DNA of 64,000 nucleotides from Veleropilina oligotropha (Eukaryota): NCBI GenBank assembly GCA_048128005.1, contig JBEUKZ010000070.1, positions 124,001 to 188,000 of the forward strand, read 5' to 3'. Shown piece by piece: positions 23,267 to 33,089 of this stretch (position 1 is its first letter; each line of letters starts with the position of its first letter). The notes under the pieces were generated by a model. It saw only the letters and a program-made list of their open reading frames with translations, ran no database searches and was not told where the DNA came from. The position numbers and the translations under genes were made by a program.

Positions 23267-23758
23267 CTATTGCATATAAAAAGTGTTCTGCTTCTTCAAT
23301 TCGATAGTGGGGGCGGCCCGAGGCTGCCTAGCGTCCGCGTCTGGTGGCTGTTGATGTGGTGTGGATGGACCAGGGTTGCTGCGTTCTGAGGACGTCTTCC
23401 AGACAACAAATACCAACGCAACCGTACCGGCAGCGACGGCTACCTGGGTCCAATTAAATAGGTCCGATTTCCGTGTATCTGGCGCACGCGGTCTTTCTGC
23501 GGCTGGAACCGCCTCCCCGGGCTGTTCTGATGGAACGACAACACTTGTTGGGGCACTCAGGTCTTCTTTCATTTTTCGAACCGCGGCCAGTAGCTTCTCC
23601 TGCTTGGCTTTTCGAGCAGCAGCGCCGGCCCTACCTGCAGCCACTTTTTTCGGGTCCTTTTTACTCACTGATGAGTCTGTCGATGAAGTCACCCTCTCTA
23701 TCGGCTGGCTCTCGATCGGCTGGCTCGACATCGTTTGGTCCACTTCCTGCGTTGTCAT
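23267..23758 (-). CDS. Viral hypothetical protein with basic motif and TM helix (~163 aa)
   Basis: KKDPKKVAAGRAGAAARKAK and WTQVAVAAGTVALVFVVWK. Start placed at the first ATG. Confidence 0.7.
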   Translation of the reverse strand: MTTQEVDQTMSSQPIESQPIERVTSSTDSSVSKKDPKKVAAGRAGAAARKAKQEKLLAAVRKMKEDLSAPTSVVVPSEQPGEAVPAAERPRAPDTRKSDLFNWTQVAVAAGTVALVFVVWKTSSERSNPGPSTPHQQPPDADARQPRAAPTIELKKQNTFYMQ

Positions 23759-24401
23759 CTTGATCTCGCTCTGGTATTTTAGGCGGGCAGACGTGTCCAA
23801 ATCGGCAGTGCTTAGCCGTGGTCAACGCTGCGGTCAGCGGTGCGAGGTACATGCCGTACTTGTGATACAGCTCACAGCTTGCAGTGCACAGCGCATGTGA
23901 GATGAAAGGGTCGGCCTCGAGGTCAGCGATCAAACGTAGCTGATTTTGTGGTGGGATGGGCAAGAGCATCCCAGCTGCCCCCGCATAGAGGTTTATAGCT
24001 GCAGTCCCCAGGGTCTTCGTCATCTCCGCACCTAACCTCACTTCATACCGTGCGTAGTGTTTTTCAACCTCTTCGTCGGTCATAGCGTCGATCCGGTCAA
24101 CTGTGAGGTTGCTCCCCCCCAAGTATTTGCCTGCCTGTCCTCCAATGGCTAATGCTGCAAGCCTCTCCCGTTTCTCTGCTACGCCGGTTTTAGGGTCCTC
24201 GGGCATCGAGCGGGGTGGCCCGGCCACGGTCATTTCTTGTTCGTCATCCATAAGTTGATCGATGAGGCTGTCCATCCTTAAGCGTTTCCAACATCTCCTC
24301 GTCAGTCTAATATAGCGATAATGCCAATACCATAACGTTGCGAGTAGGAGCAAGATTAGGCTCTGGCTGCAAGCAAAAGCTAGATATACAGCGTCCGACA
24401 T
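23661..24401 (-). CDS. Viral hypothetical protein
   Basis: Open frame between the ATPase and the next gene, with an N-terminal TM-like segment. Alternative start MDSLIDQL at 24275. Confidence 0.65.
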   Translation of the reverse strand: MSDAVYLAFACSQSLILLLLATLWYWHYRYIRLTRRCWKRLRMDSLIDQLMDDEQEMTVAGPPRSMPEDPKTGVAEKRERLAALAIGGQAGKYLGGSNLTVDRIDAMTDEEVEKHYARYEVRLGAEMTKTLGTAAINLYAGAAGMLLPIPPQNQLRLIADLEADPFISHALCTASCELYHKYGMYLAPLTAALTTAKHCRFGHVCPPKIPERDQDDNAGSGPNDVEPADREPADREGDFIDRLISE

Positions 24402-24432
24402 GCTAGGTAGTGCTGTAGATGCTAGGCAGATG

Positions 24433-25053
24433 CTAAAGCACACTATAAGCAACCGGCTGATCGGTCTTTAACAGGAGCTTAGCGTGTCTGGTCTCGGCCA
24501 ACAGCCGGCGAACCGCGGTTCTCTCATCCCGCGACGTGATCACGTCGTTCTCCCGAAGACAGTCGCGGTCCTTGCAGTGAAACAGCGCGACCCAGCGAAT
24601 CTGCTCTCGGAGCTCCTTCAAGACCGAGTTGTACTTTTGCGTCACTACCCATACACTCTGGGAAGCATGCCTTCCGCTGAAGGCCAACTCGGTCAGCATC
24701 TCTTTTTTCTTTGCCATAGCCTTGCTCGCGGCGCAATCGTCGATGATATATAAAGTTGATTCCCCCTGGAACAGTCGGTAGAACCCCCGCAGCCAGTCAT
24801 GGAGTCGCTCACCTGGGGGGATCAAATACACCTCAGGGTCGGTCCAGATCCACGGACAAGACTGGTATGCCTTGTTGTACTTGATCGTGGGGCAGAGGAT
24901 CACGATATGCCGGAAGACGCCTCGATACTCCCCTTCCAGCAGTTCAAGCATGAAAACCGTCTTCCCACAACCGGTCTGGCCGCAGATGATTGCGGAGTGG
25001 GGGTCCTTGGTGTGCAGAAATCGTTTAGTACAGTGCTTCGACGAATCGGCCAT
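24433..25053 (-). CDS. FtsK/HerA (A32-like) genome-packaging ATPase
   Basis: Walker A GQTGCGKT, Walker B LYIIDD, SGRH motif and VWVVTQ. Adjacent to the capsid gene. Confidence 0.9.
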   Translation of the reverse strand: MADSSKHCTKRFLHTKDPHSAIICGQTGCGKTVFMLELLEGEYRGVFRHIVILCPTIKYNKAYQSCPWIWTDPEVYLIPPGERLHDWLRGFYRLFQGESTLYIIDDCAASKAMAKKKEMLTELAFSGRHASQSVWVVTQKYNSVLKELREQIRWVALFHCKDRDCLRENDVITSRDERTAVRRLLAETRHAKLLLKTDQPVAYSVL

Positions 25054-26324
25054 TCTCGATATTCAGCTGTGCGTCCATGATCACGAACTCGTAGACGTTC
25101 AGTGGACCGGCCGCTTCGGCTGTTTTAGTGATCTGAATAGTAATGCCTTCGCTGGCGTTCTCGACCCTCAGGCCTGACCCGTGCAACTGATCGTCGTCAG
25201 TTACCCGCATATCGATCCAGAGCGCAAATTTCTTAGTCAGAAATTCGCCCAGGGTGACGTCTGCCATCTCCAAGTCCTTTGCGACCATCGCGACCTCAGG
25301 ATGCCGCTTGCTGCTGCCGGAGGCGAACATTTTCTTGGCTTCTTCCCAGATCTGGTATGTTCGCATGCCCTGGCTGTAGATTTGATTCGGGACACCCTCG
25401 ATTGTGACCTCGACCTTTGTGATCTTCGGATTATAGAAGGCCTCAGTATCGCGAGAGAATGGCGCGGCGTCTCTCGCAGGGTCCTCGAACAACAGTAGTA
25501 TTCCTTTCATCGACCTCGCCGGTACGTTCACATTCATATTCCACAACGAGTCGCTCTTGTCTAGGGTGAGCTTCCGATGCCGGAGAACACGGTCGTACAG
25601 GATTACGAGTTGACCCTGGTATTGATTTCGAATCCGTCTGGCAAGCTCGGATTGGGTTACCATGTCATATTCGAGGGATATATTGTCGATGGAATAGCTG
25701 GAACCGGAGTCGTCCGTATCCCGGATAGTCCGGGAGTAGTCGTTGAACGTTAGCTCATACTCGAGACGGTCTCCAAGGGCGCTTTGATAGAATGGCATGT
25801 GACTTTCCAACAGCTCGAAATCCAGCGGGATGCGGAATCGTACCGTACGCGGCCGCGACCGCGACATCCTCAGACAGTCTGAAGGCGTCTGCCGCACCAA
25901 CACGATGCTTCGTAGTGTTGTGTCCATCGCTGGTATCAATCCCCTGGTACTGGGCGTTCTTGCGCTCCCCTGTGGTCTTCCAGAGATCGCAGTAGCAGTG
26001 GTACACGTCGGAGTCGTCAATCGACATGATCTCGTTTCCACTTATCTTTATCGTGGTCTTTCTGATCACGGCACGGCCGATATTTTGCACTACAGTCCTA
26101 TTCACATTTACCGAGGTCAGAGAGATGGTAAATGCAAGGTGGGCAGTCCCTGGAACGATCACGTCATTCGCCCCGAGATTAGGGAACCGAACCAGGAGCT
26201 GCTGGTTCGGGGCAATCGTTGATGAATTGTTTGTAATCGTGACCGACTGGCGGATGCCCTTGACCGCGAGGGGCTCACGCAGTCTGCGGTATGGATTAAG
26301 CTTGCGTCCGTATACGCTGGTCAT
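25025..26324 (-). pseudogene. Major capsid protein (putative double jelly-roll), one frameshift at ~25841
   Basis: Two overlapping beta-rich frames (..AAAYG / RFRIPLDFELL..) join into ~433 aa. Kozak-like ccgccATG at 26324. Size and position next to the ATPase fit an MCP. The fold is inferred. Confidence 0.75.
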
Positions 26325-26360
26325 GGCGGAATTAGATGTGTATCCCACTGATGTATTCAA

Positions 26361-27592
26361 ATGGCGGAATTCGAGAACCCCGCATTCGAGCCTGACGATC
26401 TCATCGACAACGATGATACCATCGTCGACGATATTGATGTGGATAGATCCACCGACCGGTTTATGCCTGTTCTTTCGGAACGGCCACAGGAAGGAACCAG
26501 CAGTTTATTCAAAATTCAAGTACGTGGCGGGAAAATTAGGGCGGGGGGGAAAATTGATGATGACGAACCACCCCGACATCAATCTCATCAATTCTCGCAC
26601 CGGCAACCCCTTGGCATTGTCAACAATAGCTGGCCGGCCTGGTGGGGGTGATGCCATCCGAGATCTGGGTTTTGTAAACTGGAAGCGGGGAGGGGGGGGG
26701 GACAAAAGCTGTCCTCAAAAGCGGTTGCAGCTCTTCAGGCAGCCGACACTGAGTTGAGCGGTGCGGCCGCTAACGTCGAAAACGTAGAACTGCGGGACTT
26801 GGGGCAGACTGCTACTGATGCCTCGGTAGCAATCCACACGATGGAGACGGAATTCACTGATACCGAGGTTGAAGAGATCTTAGGCACAATGGGGGACCCT
26901 CCATTAAACCTCCGCGAGCTTCGCGGACTTGACAAGGCGATGCAGACCATTCGAGGCGAGCTCACTAACAATCTAGCCAAACTAACGGCGCTGGACGAAC
27001 ACATAGAGCTGGAGAAGAGCAAGCTCGATCGGGCCGATGAAGAGGGCGGTGTGGATGAGTTTATTCGTCGACGGATCGCGGAACGTCTGCGCAACTTAAA
27101 CGATGAATGAGCAGCTCGCCTAGAGGCAGCCTCATCAAGCCGGGAGGCCCTACGCTCTCAAATCAGCCGGATCCGAGAGATGCTAAATCGGATACTCCAC
27201 TCAGATACCACGCTGGCCGAGCGTATCCGGACCCTATTTCGCGAACAGGGGGTTACGATCGCAATAATACTGACCGCTATTGGGTTGGCTATCTCGACTT
27301 TGGTACTAGCCCTGACAGGCGGAGCGCCGACCATCGCACCAACACCACCACCTCCCAGTGGTCAGGGGGGGTCAAGGAGTGGGTCAAAAAGCAGCTGCAG
27401 AACCTGGGTCGGATTCTGGGCAAACTAGCAGGGAAGGCCGCTGCGGCACTCCCAGGAATACTTGGAAGCCTGGTCTCCTGGCTAATCAACCTGATTGGCA
27501 AGACAGCATCGTGGCTCGCTGAAAACCTATGGGCACTGGTCATATCAGTTGGGGGCTTGCTTCTTATTGCCGCTAGACAGTGGGTCACGTAA
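26361..27592 (+). pseudogene. Viral coiled-coil plus amphipathic/TM protein, disrupted
   Basis: Fragments 26361-, 26026-frame, 26754-27110, 27180- and 27107-frame read as one protein. Frameshifts at ~26500, in the G-run ~26692-26701 and in the G-run ~27365-27371, plus an in-frame TGA at 27108-27110. Confidence 0.7.
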
Positions 27593-28862
27593 GCCAAATG
27601 AACGCTAGGCCAACGACAATGCCGCCCACGATAAGTGCGGTTTTATCCTCGTCATGTTTGGTTGCCCCAGCTGAAACAGCTGCCACTGGGGCCACAGCCG
27701 GCAGAGAGCTTGGATGCTTCGGAGTGACCGCATCTGCGGGTAAGACGGCGTCTTGTGGGATGACCAATCCTGTTTCTCCAGTCTCCCCAGTGGCGTTGGG
27801 TGGAACAGGATTGGCCGCGTTGACCGTAGTATTAAGACCTAGGGTCTGGGCTTCCGTGGCAACGACGATTTCGTTGTTATACCCAGCCACATGCCCTACC
27901 CGAAGGAGCATGTCACTTGGCGCCATGTAAAGGCCGACGCCGAATACGAAGTCTACTTTAGACCTGGCATACTGCAAAACGTCCTGGTACCGTTGGATTG
28001 CTGCTGGGAGGTCCACTGGAGATGAGATGGTGTCTTCGACGTTTGACAGAAATTGCTTTTGCGCGTCGAATGCGGTACCACTCCCCAGAATACTTGTGCG
28101 TGTCTGAGCCTGCGCTCCAAGAATCGCCCAGACATAGGTCCTAATGGAATCATTGAGCCGCTCCACGCCGGCCTGGGTGAATCCCACCGACTTGTCCAGA
28201 ATAAAAGTAGCCCACGAAGTGCCTGCATCCTGTGCTATATAGTCCACATGTAGGTCCTTCGTTTTGGCGAAGGACATCCAGCTGGGATCGTAATCCTTTC
28301 CGATGGAGTGGTATCCGTTGTTCGTCCAGTAGTTGTAGGCAGTGCCGAGCCCTTTATTGGGACCCTTGACTCGCCAGTCGGTATGGGGAGACACCCCAAA
28401 TTCGCTGCAGATCTTCTCATATGACCTGCGGTCATACGGGTTGTCGAATGCATCCCACGTCCGGTCCTGTGGCAGCGGCGCCTGAATTTCGGATAAGATT
28501 CGTCTGACCTGATAGTAGACGTGGAAGGTGAATACAGCAGTGTAGAGGGGGTCGGTCGCATTTAAGTGGTCTTCTGAGGAGATTCCGGAACCTGTTGTGG
28601 CACACCAAACTGCGAAATTGACCTTGTTCTGCCAGAACCTCATCGGCGTGCTGTTCCAATCCCTTATCAGCCCGTCACTAGCGACATGAGGGAGGCGGTA
28701 TTTCTGAAAGACGTCGGGGTATGTTGCCCCGAATGTAGTGGTTGAGCTATTACCCACATTGATGCTTGGTCTCGTAAGCTTCTCATCTTTGATCTTTGCT
28801 GGGTACACCACACCGGTCGGATAGGCCGCACTCCTATTAAACGCAAAGGCGCTCTTAGCCAT
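27585..28862 (-). CDS. Viral hypothetical protein (~425 aa) with Pro/Ala linker and C-terminal TM anchor
   Basis: Long intact aromatic-rich ORF ending ALIVGGIVVGLAFIWLT. Confidence 0.8.
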   Translation of the reverse strand: MAKSAFAFNRSAAYPTGVVYPAKIKDEKLTRPSINVGNSSTTTFGATYPDVFQKYRLPHVASDGLIRDWNSTPMRFWQNKVNFAVWCATTGSGISSEDHLNATDPLYTAVFTFHVYYQVRRILSEIQAPLPQDRTWDAFDNPYDRRSYEKICSEFGVSPHTDWRVKGPNKGLGTAYNYWTNNGYHSIGKDYDPSWMSFAKTKDLHVDYIAQDAGTSWATFILDKSVGFTQAGVERLNDSIRTYVWAILGAQAQTRTSILGSGTAFDAQKQFLSNVEDTISSPVDLPAAIQRYQDVLQYARSKVDFVFGVGLYMAPSDMLLRVGHVAGYNNEIVVATEAQTLGLNTTVNAANPVPPNATGETGETGLVIPQDAVLPADAVTPKHPSSLPAVAPVAAVSAGATKHDEDKTALIVGGIVVGLAFIWLT

Positions 28863-28866
28863 AGCT

Positions 28867-29604
28867 ATGTTCCACACATTAACAAACGTTCAAGAGGGGA
28901 CCGCGGTTGCCCTCCTGGAGCCGATTGATAACCGGGACGGCAAGCTATGTGTCAGCTTGCAGTCGCTCGACTATTGGGTAGGCTGGCATAATGTGCATGC
29001 CGGAGCCTTCTTTAAGACCCCCGATACCACTGTGGACGTGGCACCAGGTTTCTACAGCTTCGCTGACCTCGCCAAGACGATGAATAGGTCGCTAGTTAAC
29101 ATACAGCTAGATGTAAGCCATGCTACAGGGCTCGTCCGAATCGTGGTCCCAGAGGGGACTCGACTCGCGATAAGCGACGATATACGAAAACTCCTCGGCT
29201 TAAACCTGTCTTCGTTTATTCTCGATAAAGCAGGGAATCTGAACCCACCGGTTCGGGGAGTACAGGGCCAACCACCTCCCCCTCCGGAGAGATCCGAGTG
29301 GCTACGCCCTGGGACTTATGACGGGAATAAGCCTGTCGGGTTTGCCATAGCGCCAACCCTACACGTTCACCTGGAGCAGCTCAGTACAACGCACAATGTG
29401 AAGGACGGCGCCCCGAGCACTATTCTCGCGGTGGTCCCTATCACGTCGCAGATGTTCGGTGAAGCTGGCCACTATCATAGCTATCCCGCCGGCCGGCGAC
29501 TACAGGCCGGGCTAATCACAGAGTTGAAGGTGTACGTCACAGACGCAGATGGTAACCCGATCGACAATCACGGCATGCCCATTACCGCAGTCCTTGCGAT
29601 ATAA
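28867..29604 (+). CDS. Minor capsid (penton, single jelly-roll) protein
   Basis: 245 aa with the Polinton penton-like pattern VAPGFYS...LGL...STILAVVP...ITELKVYVTDADGNPIDNHG. Confidence 0.75.
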   Translation: MFHTLTNVQEGTAVALLEPIDNRDGKLCVSLQSLDYWVGWHNVHAGAFFKTPDTTVDVAPGFYSFADLAKTMNRSLVNIQLDVSHATGLVRIVVPEGTRLAISDDIRKLLGLNLSSFILDKAGNLNPPVRGVQGQPPPPPERSEWLRPGTYDGNKPVGFAIAPTLHVHLEQLSTTHNVKDGAPSTILAVVPITSQMFGEAGHYHSYPAGRRLQAGLITELKVYVTDADGNPIDNHGMPITAVLAI

Positions 29605-29978
29605 TGAGCAGCATCTACGGGACCCTCCCCCTACCCCACCCACCTCTGCTTGCAGATGAGCCCTCTTCCCCCCCCCCGACCCGGTGGCACTTTGTCCTTA
29701 ATTGTGGGGTAGCGCCCAATAAGGGGCTGGCGAGGAGGGAGTTCATGATCCCTAACACTGGAGGTCGATTTGGGTTGAACCTAGCCCTTCTAATGATCCA
29801 CCTGACGCCGGTCCAGCCGGCCGGGGGCCCCAAAGCATGTTCCATAAGTAAGCTTGGCCTGAATTCGGACAGGTTGACCCTCGCCTTTGCCATCAAGGCC
29901 CCGTGGGTCGGCACTCTGTATTTGAACGTTACGGCAGACAAGGGGAATCAACCAGCGGAACAATACAGCCACGTATAG
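29604..29978 (+). CDS. Viral hypothetical protein (124 aa)
   Basis: Start overlaps the mCP stop (TAATG), and its stop abuts the next ATG. Confidence 0.55.
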   Translation: MSSIYGTLPLPHPPLLADEPSSPPPTRWHFVLNCGVAPNKGLARREFMIPNTGGRFGLNLALLMIHLTPVQPAGGPKACSISKLGLNSDRLTLAFAIKAPWVGTLYLNVTADKGNQPAEQYSHV

Positions 29979-30611
29979 ATGGACAACACACCCTCAGCGC
30001 CAATGCTGTACCCACAGCTTGGTGGCGATGGGATTTCGGAACTGCATGAGGCACAGTCCTTCCGACTACAGAAAGTGAATGAGCTTCAGGGACAATTAGA
30101 ACGAGAGAGGGACACACGGGCTGCATTATATAAAAAGTACCGACGAGGTGTTAACGTCGTTGACGGGATAGATAACGGGCTAGTCGTCGCCACACTTGGT
30201 ATGGGTAGCGCTGGAATTGGTCTACTTTCCACGATCGTTGCCGCACCTGTTGTCCTAGTGCTGGAATTAGCGGCATTAGGGTGTGGGCTCGCCAGTATGG
30301 GTGGGAAATATATCAGCCGGCGCCTCCAGGTTAAGGCTAAGAAACACGACGAGATTCGAGTCCTGGCCGACAGCAAGCTGAATACCATAACCGACCACGT
30401 CTCAAAGGCCTTAGCGGACGGGGTGATGTCTGATGATGAATTCCAACTGGTCACAGGGGAGATGGAGAAATACCAAGCCATGAAGGCATCAATTCGGGAT
30501 AAGAGTAGGACCGTGCACACCGCGATTTCACAGACCCAAAGCGAGGTTATTGAGCGTGGCCGTAAAGAGGGTCGCGCAGAGCTGCTGAAAAAAATCGGAG
30601 CTGGCGACTAA
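29979..30611 (+). CDS. Viral coiled-coil protein with central hydrophobic hairpin (210 aa)
   Basis: Charged helices flank the Gly/Ala-rich hydrophobic segment GLVVATLGMGSAGIGLLSTIVAAPVVLVLELAALGCGL. Confidence 0.8.
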   Translation: MDNTPSAPMLYPQLGGDGISELHEAQSFRLQKVNELQGQLERERDTRAALYKKYRRGVNVVDGIDNGLVVATLGMGSAGIGLLSTIVAAPVVLVLELAALGCGLASMGGKYISRRLQVKAKKHDEIRVLADSKLNTITDHVSKALADGVMSDDEFQLVTGEMEKYQAMKASIRDKSRTVHTAISQTQSEVIERGRKEGRAELLKKIGAGD

Positions 30612-30693
30612 CTATCCAGGTTGAGCGTAGCCACGACTACCCCCCTCCTCCCCCGTATTAAAGCTTGAACTGGACAGTGATATCTGGACAACC

Positions 30694-31116
30694 ATGAAAT
30701 CCATACTCATTCTGTGCATTGCCGCGGTGTGCTGGCTAGGGGGTGTCTCTACCCAGGCGTCGAGACACGACACTGCATTAATTCTCGAACATACGTGGGC
30801 TAGGTACCGAAATCATCCCAGGTATAACGCCCGATTTGACCCCTTGCGTAGAAACTTGCTTCTTCGCCCGGGAGACCCCACCCCTGATGTCTCCCCACCC
30901 TCGTGCCACTACTTTATTATCGGAGAGAATGACTGTAGCCCTGCCACACCCCCAGATACTGTCACATGTGTCCAGTGTTCGACCCCCTCCTTATGTCCTG
31001 GCAAAAATGGGGAGTATTACACCATGCTGTCTGGCTGCTTCGGTGTGTGGAGAAAAATCGGGCACATCTCACCCTGTAATTGCACTCTAGCAAGCGGTAA
31101 CTATATATTCATATAA
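30694..31116 (+). CDS. Secreted small Cys-rich protein (viral cargo)
   Basis: accATG start, signal-peptide-like MKSILILCIAAVCWLGGVSTQA, and 8 Cys in the C-terminal ~70 aa. Confidence 0.7.
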   Translation: MKSILILCIAAVCWLGGVSTQASRHDTALILEHTWARYRNHPRYNARFDPLRRNLLLRPGDPTPDVSPPSCHYFIIGENDCSPATPPDTVTCVQCSTPSLCPGKNGEYYTMLSGCFGVWRKIGHISPCNCTLASGNYIFI

Positions 31117-31915
31117 AACAGCTGTGACCTTCTACATTTTTCAGGTCGCTGTCGTCGACCCATTGTCCGATTTATGAATGAAATACCTCGCAGTGCATGT
31201 ATCAATGGCCAGCCGGCTGTCTATGGTTGACTATCCAGTACAGCATAGCGTTTCGCTTCGCGTATCTCGTGGATTCCTCCTGCCAGCAATGAATTGAAAA
31301 CAAGAAACAATAGACGCCTAATAGCCTAATGGGTTTCTCTCAGCGGTATGAATAGAAGCAAGCGCTTCGCCTTTAGAAATACCTGGCTATGCCGAGTCTT
31401 TAGAAATATCTCGTCACGCCTATTATTCCATTGTTACTCTCGCTGCTAGGCTGACCCCGTTAAAAATCGATTTTGTGAAACGCATTGCTCGTAGCACAGA
31501 AATTATATGCAGCCGATACGGATTTAGCTTTTAGTGACCCAGTAAAAAAAAGAGTTCGGTCCAGAAACATTTTGCACTGGGTCACCAAAAGCTTCGACGT
31601 AAACATGGGGACCGTTTTCGAGCTGACATGACACTTTTTGAGCTGATCTAAGCAATAACGCTTCTCGAGAATGAGCACACTAGGTCAGCCACAGGCTATG
31701 AATACACCAGGCAGTAGCAAAGGAGGTCTCGACACGGATACAAACATACGCCAGGCCGTCCCTGGGGGCTCTATGTCGCTGTACACACAGTGACTTTTTG
31801 TAATACAATCTATACCCTGGGGTCTGAAAGGGTGCTGGGAGCCCCCACCCCCGGGCCCCTGGGCCCCACCCTAACTCCCTAGTCCCCCACAGTAATACCA
31901 GCTCGGTTCTGAAAT

Positions 31916-32067
31916 GGTGCTGGGAGCCTTATTTTCCCATTCTAAAAAGTCTACTGACCCCCCCTGCTGCTGAGTTGAGATCCATATTAATTCTGAAAAG
32001 GTGCTGGGAGCCTTAATTTCCCTCGCCGCGCCCCCACATAAAAGGTATGGTCACCCCCCCTGCTGCT
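31916..32067 (-). repeat. Right TIR of Polinton-like element
   Basis: Reverse complement of 16409-16560. Confidence 0.96.
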
Positions 32068-32737
32068 TTAGGTGTATAGCTTCAGGTAAGCCATAGCATC
32101 TATAGCTCTAGATAGTTTAATTATCGATAGTTATAGCTTACAGAGTTCAATGTCAGTGCAGGCTAGTTTGCACTTGAGCGAAATCGTTGTTCATTTCATT
32201 CGCGAGAATGGCCTCCATTTTCTGACCCTTCGAATCAATTTTAGATTTAAATTAACATATTAACGTTGCATATTTATAAAATTAATGTGAAAACGTGTTT
32301 ATAATTGTGAACATATACAAAGCCGACAAATTAGTCATGATTGTGATGCTTTATATGTAAGTTGGCAAAGTTGATTCGATAGCAGACGACAACTCGCTCA
32401 ACTTCCCGACGAAATAATGAAATAGACACTGAAGCCTCGCGCATTTAATGTTATTTTAATAGACCTTGTTGGATAAGTATGATATTGATTAAGCGACATT
32501 AGTTCTTTTTATAACAGCAATTTTTGCTCTTTATAATTTATAGATTATGTAAAACTGGGGTTATTTTTCACATCCATTGCAGCATTTTCATGACGTCAAC
32601 GTTCAATTTACAATTCATATTCTGCAATATTCCTACGCCGCATAGTTATGTTAGAACGTGTCAACAAACTTAAAATCAACGTTGCATGTAGATCTACAGC
32701 TTGTTTCTTTATAAATTTAGGATAAATGATAAAAAGA

Positions 32738-32870
32738 ATCTCACATTCGTGGTCATTTAATATCACATTTATGAAACTCGTCAACTAATTTCCATATCAC
32801 CTCGGAAAATATGAAAATTAGTTAACTCGTTTCATAAATGTGATATTAAATGACCACTCATGTGAGATCC
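32738..32870. repeat. Foldback/palindromic dispersed repeat
   Basis: atctcacat..gtggtcatttaatatcacatttatgaaac pairs with gtttcataaatgtgatattaaatgaccactcatgtgagat. One arm recurs at ~56110-56175. Confidence 0.75.
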
Positions 32871-33089
32871 CCTCTATATATATATGCTTATAAAATGCGC
32901 CAGATTAACAGTTGCACTAATATCCATACTTTACTTGGTGATGGTTCATGTAGTAGAAGATTACCTTTGTTAGAATCACATACATCTGATAGAAATATTT
33001 ATTAACGTATGTACGGCATATTTGTCCATATGTATTATAAATCAACTGGTGGTTGCAAAGTAAAATGTATCCAACATTACAAATCATTG

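Larger units (their letters stand above)
16409..32067. mobile_element. Endogenous Polinton/Maverick-like dsDNA virus (15,659 bp)
   Basis: 5'-AG...CT-3' termini, 152-bp TIRs, and TSD TTAGG (16404-16408, 32068-32072). Intronless, GC-rich and gene-dense, with PolB, integrase, ATPase, MCP and mCP genes. Confidence 0.95.
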
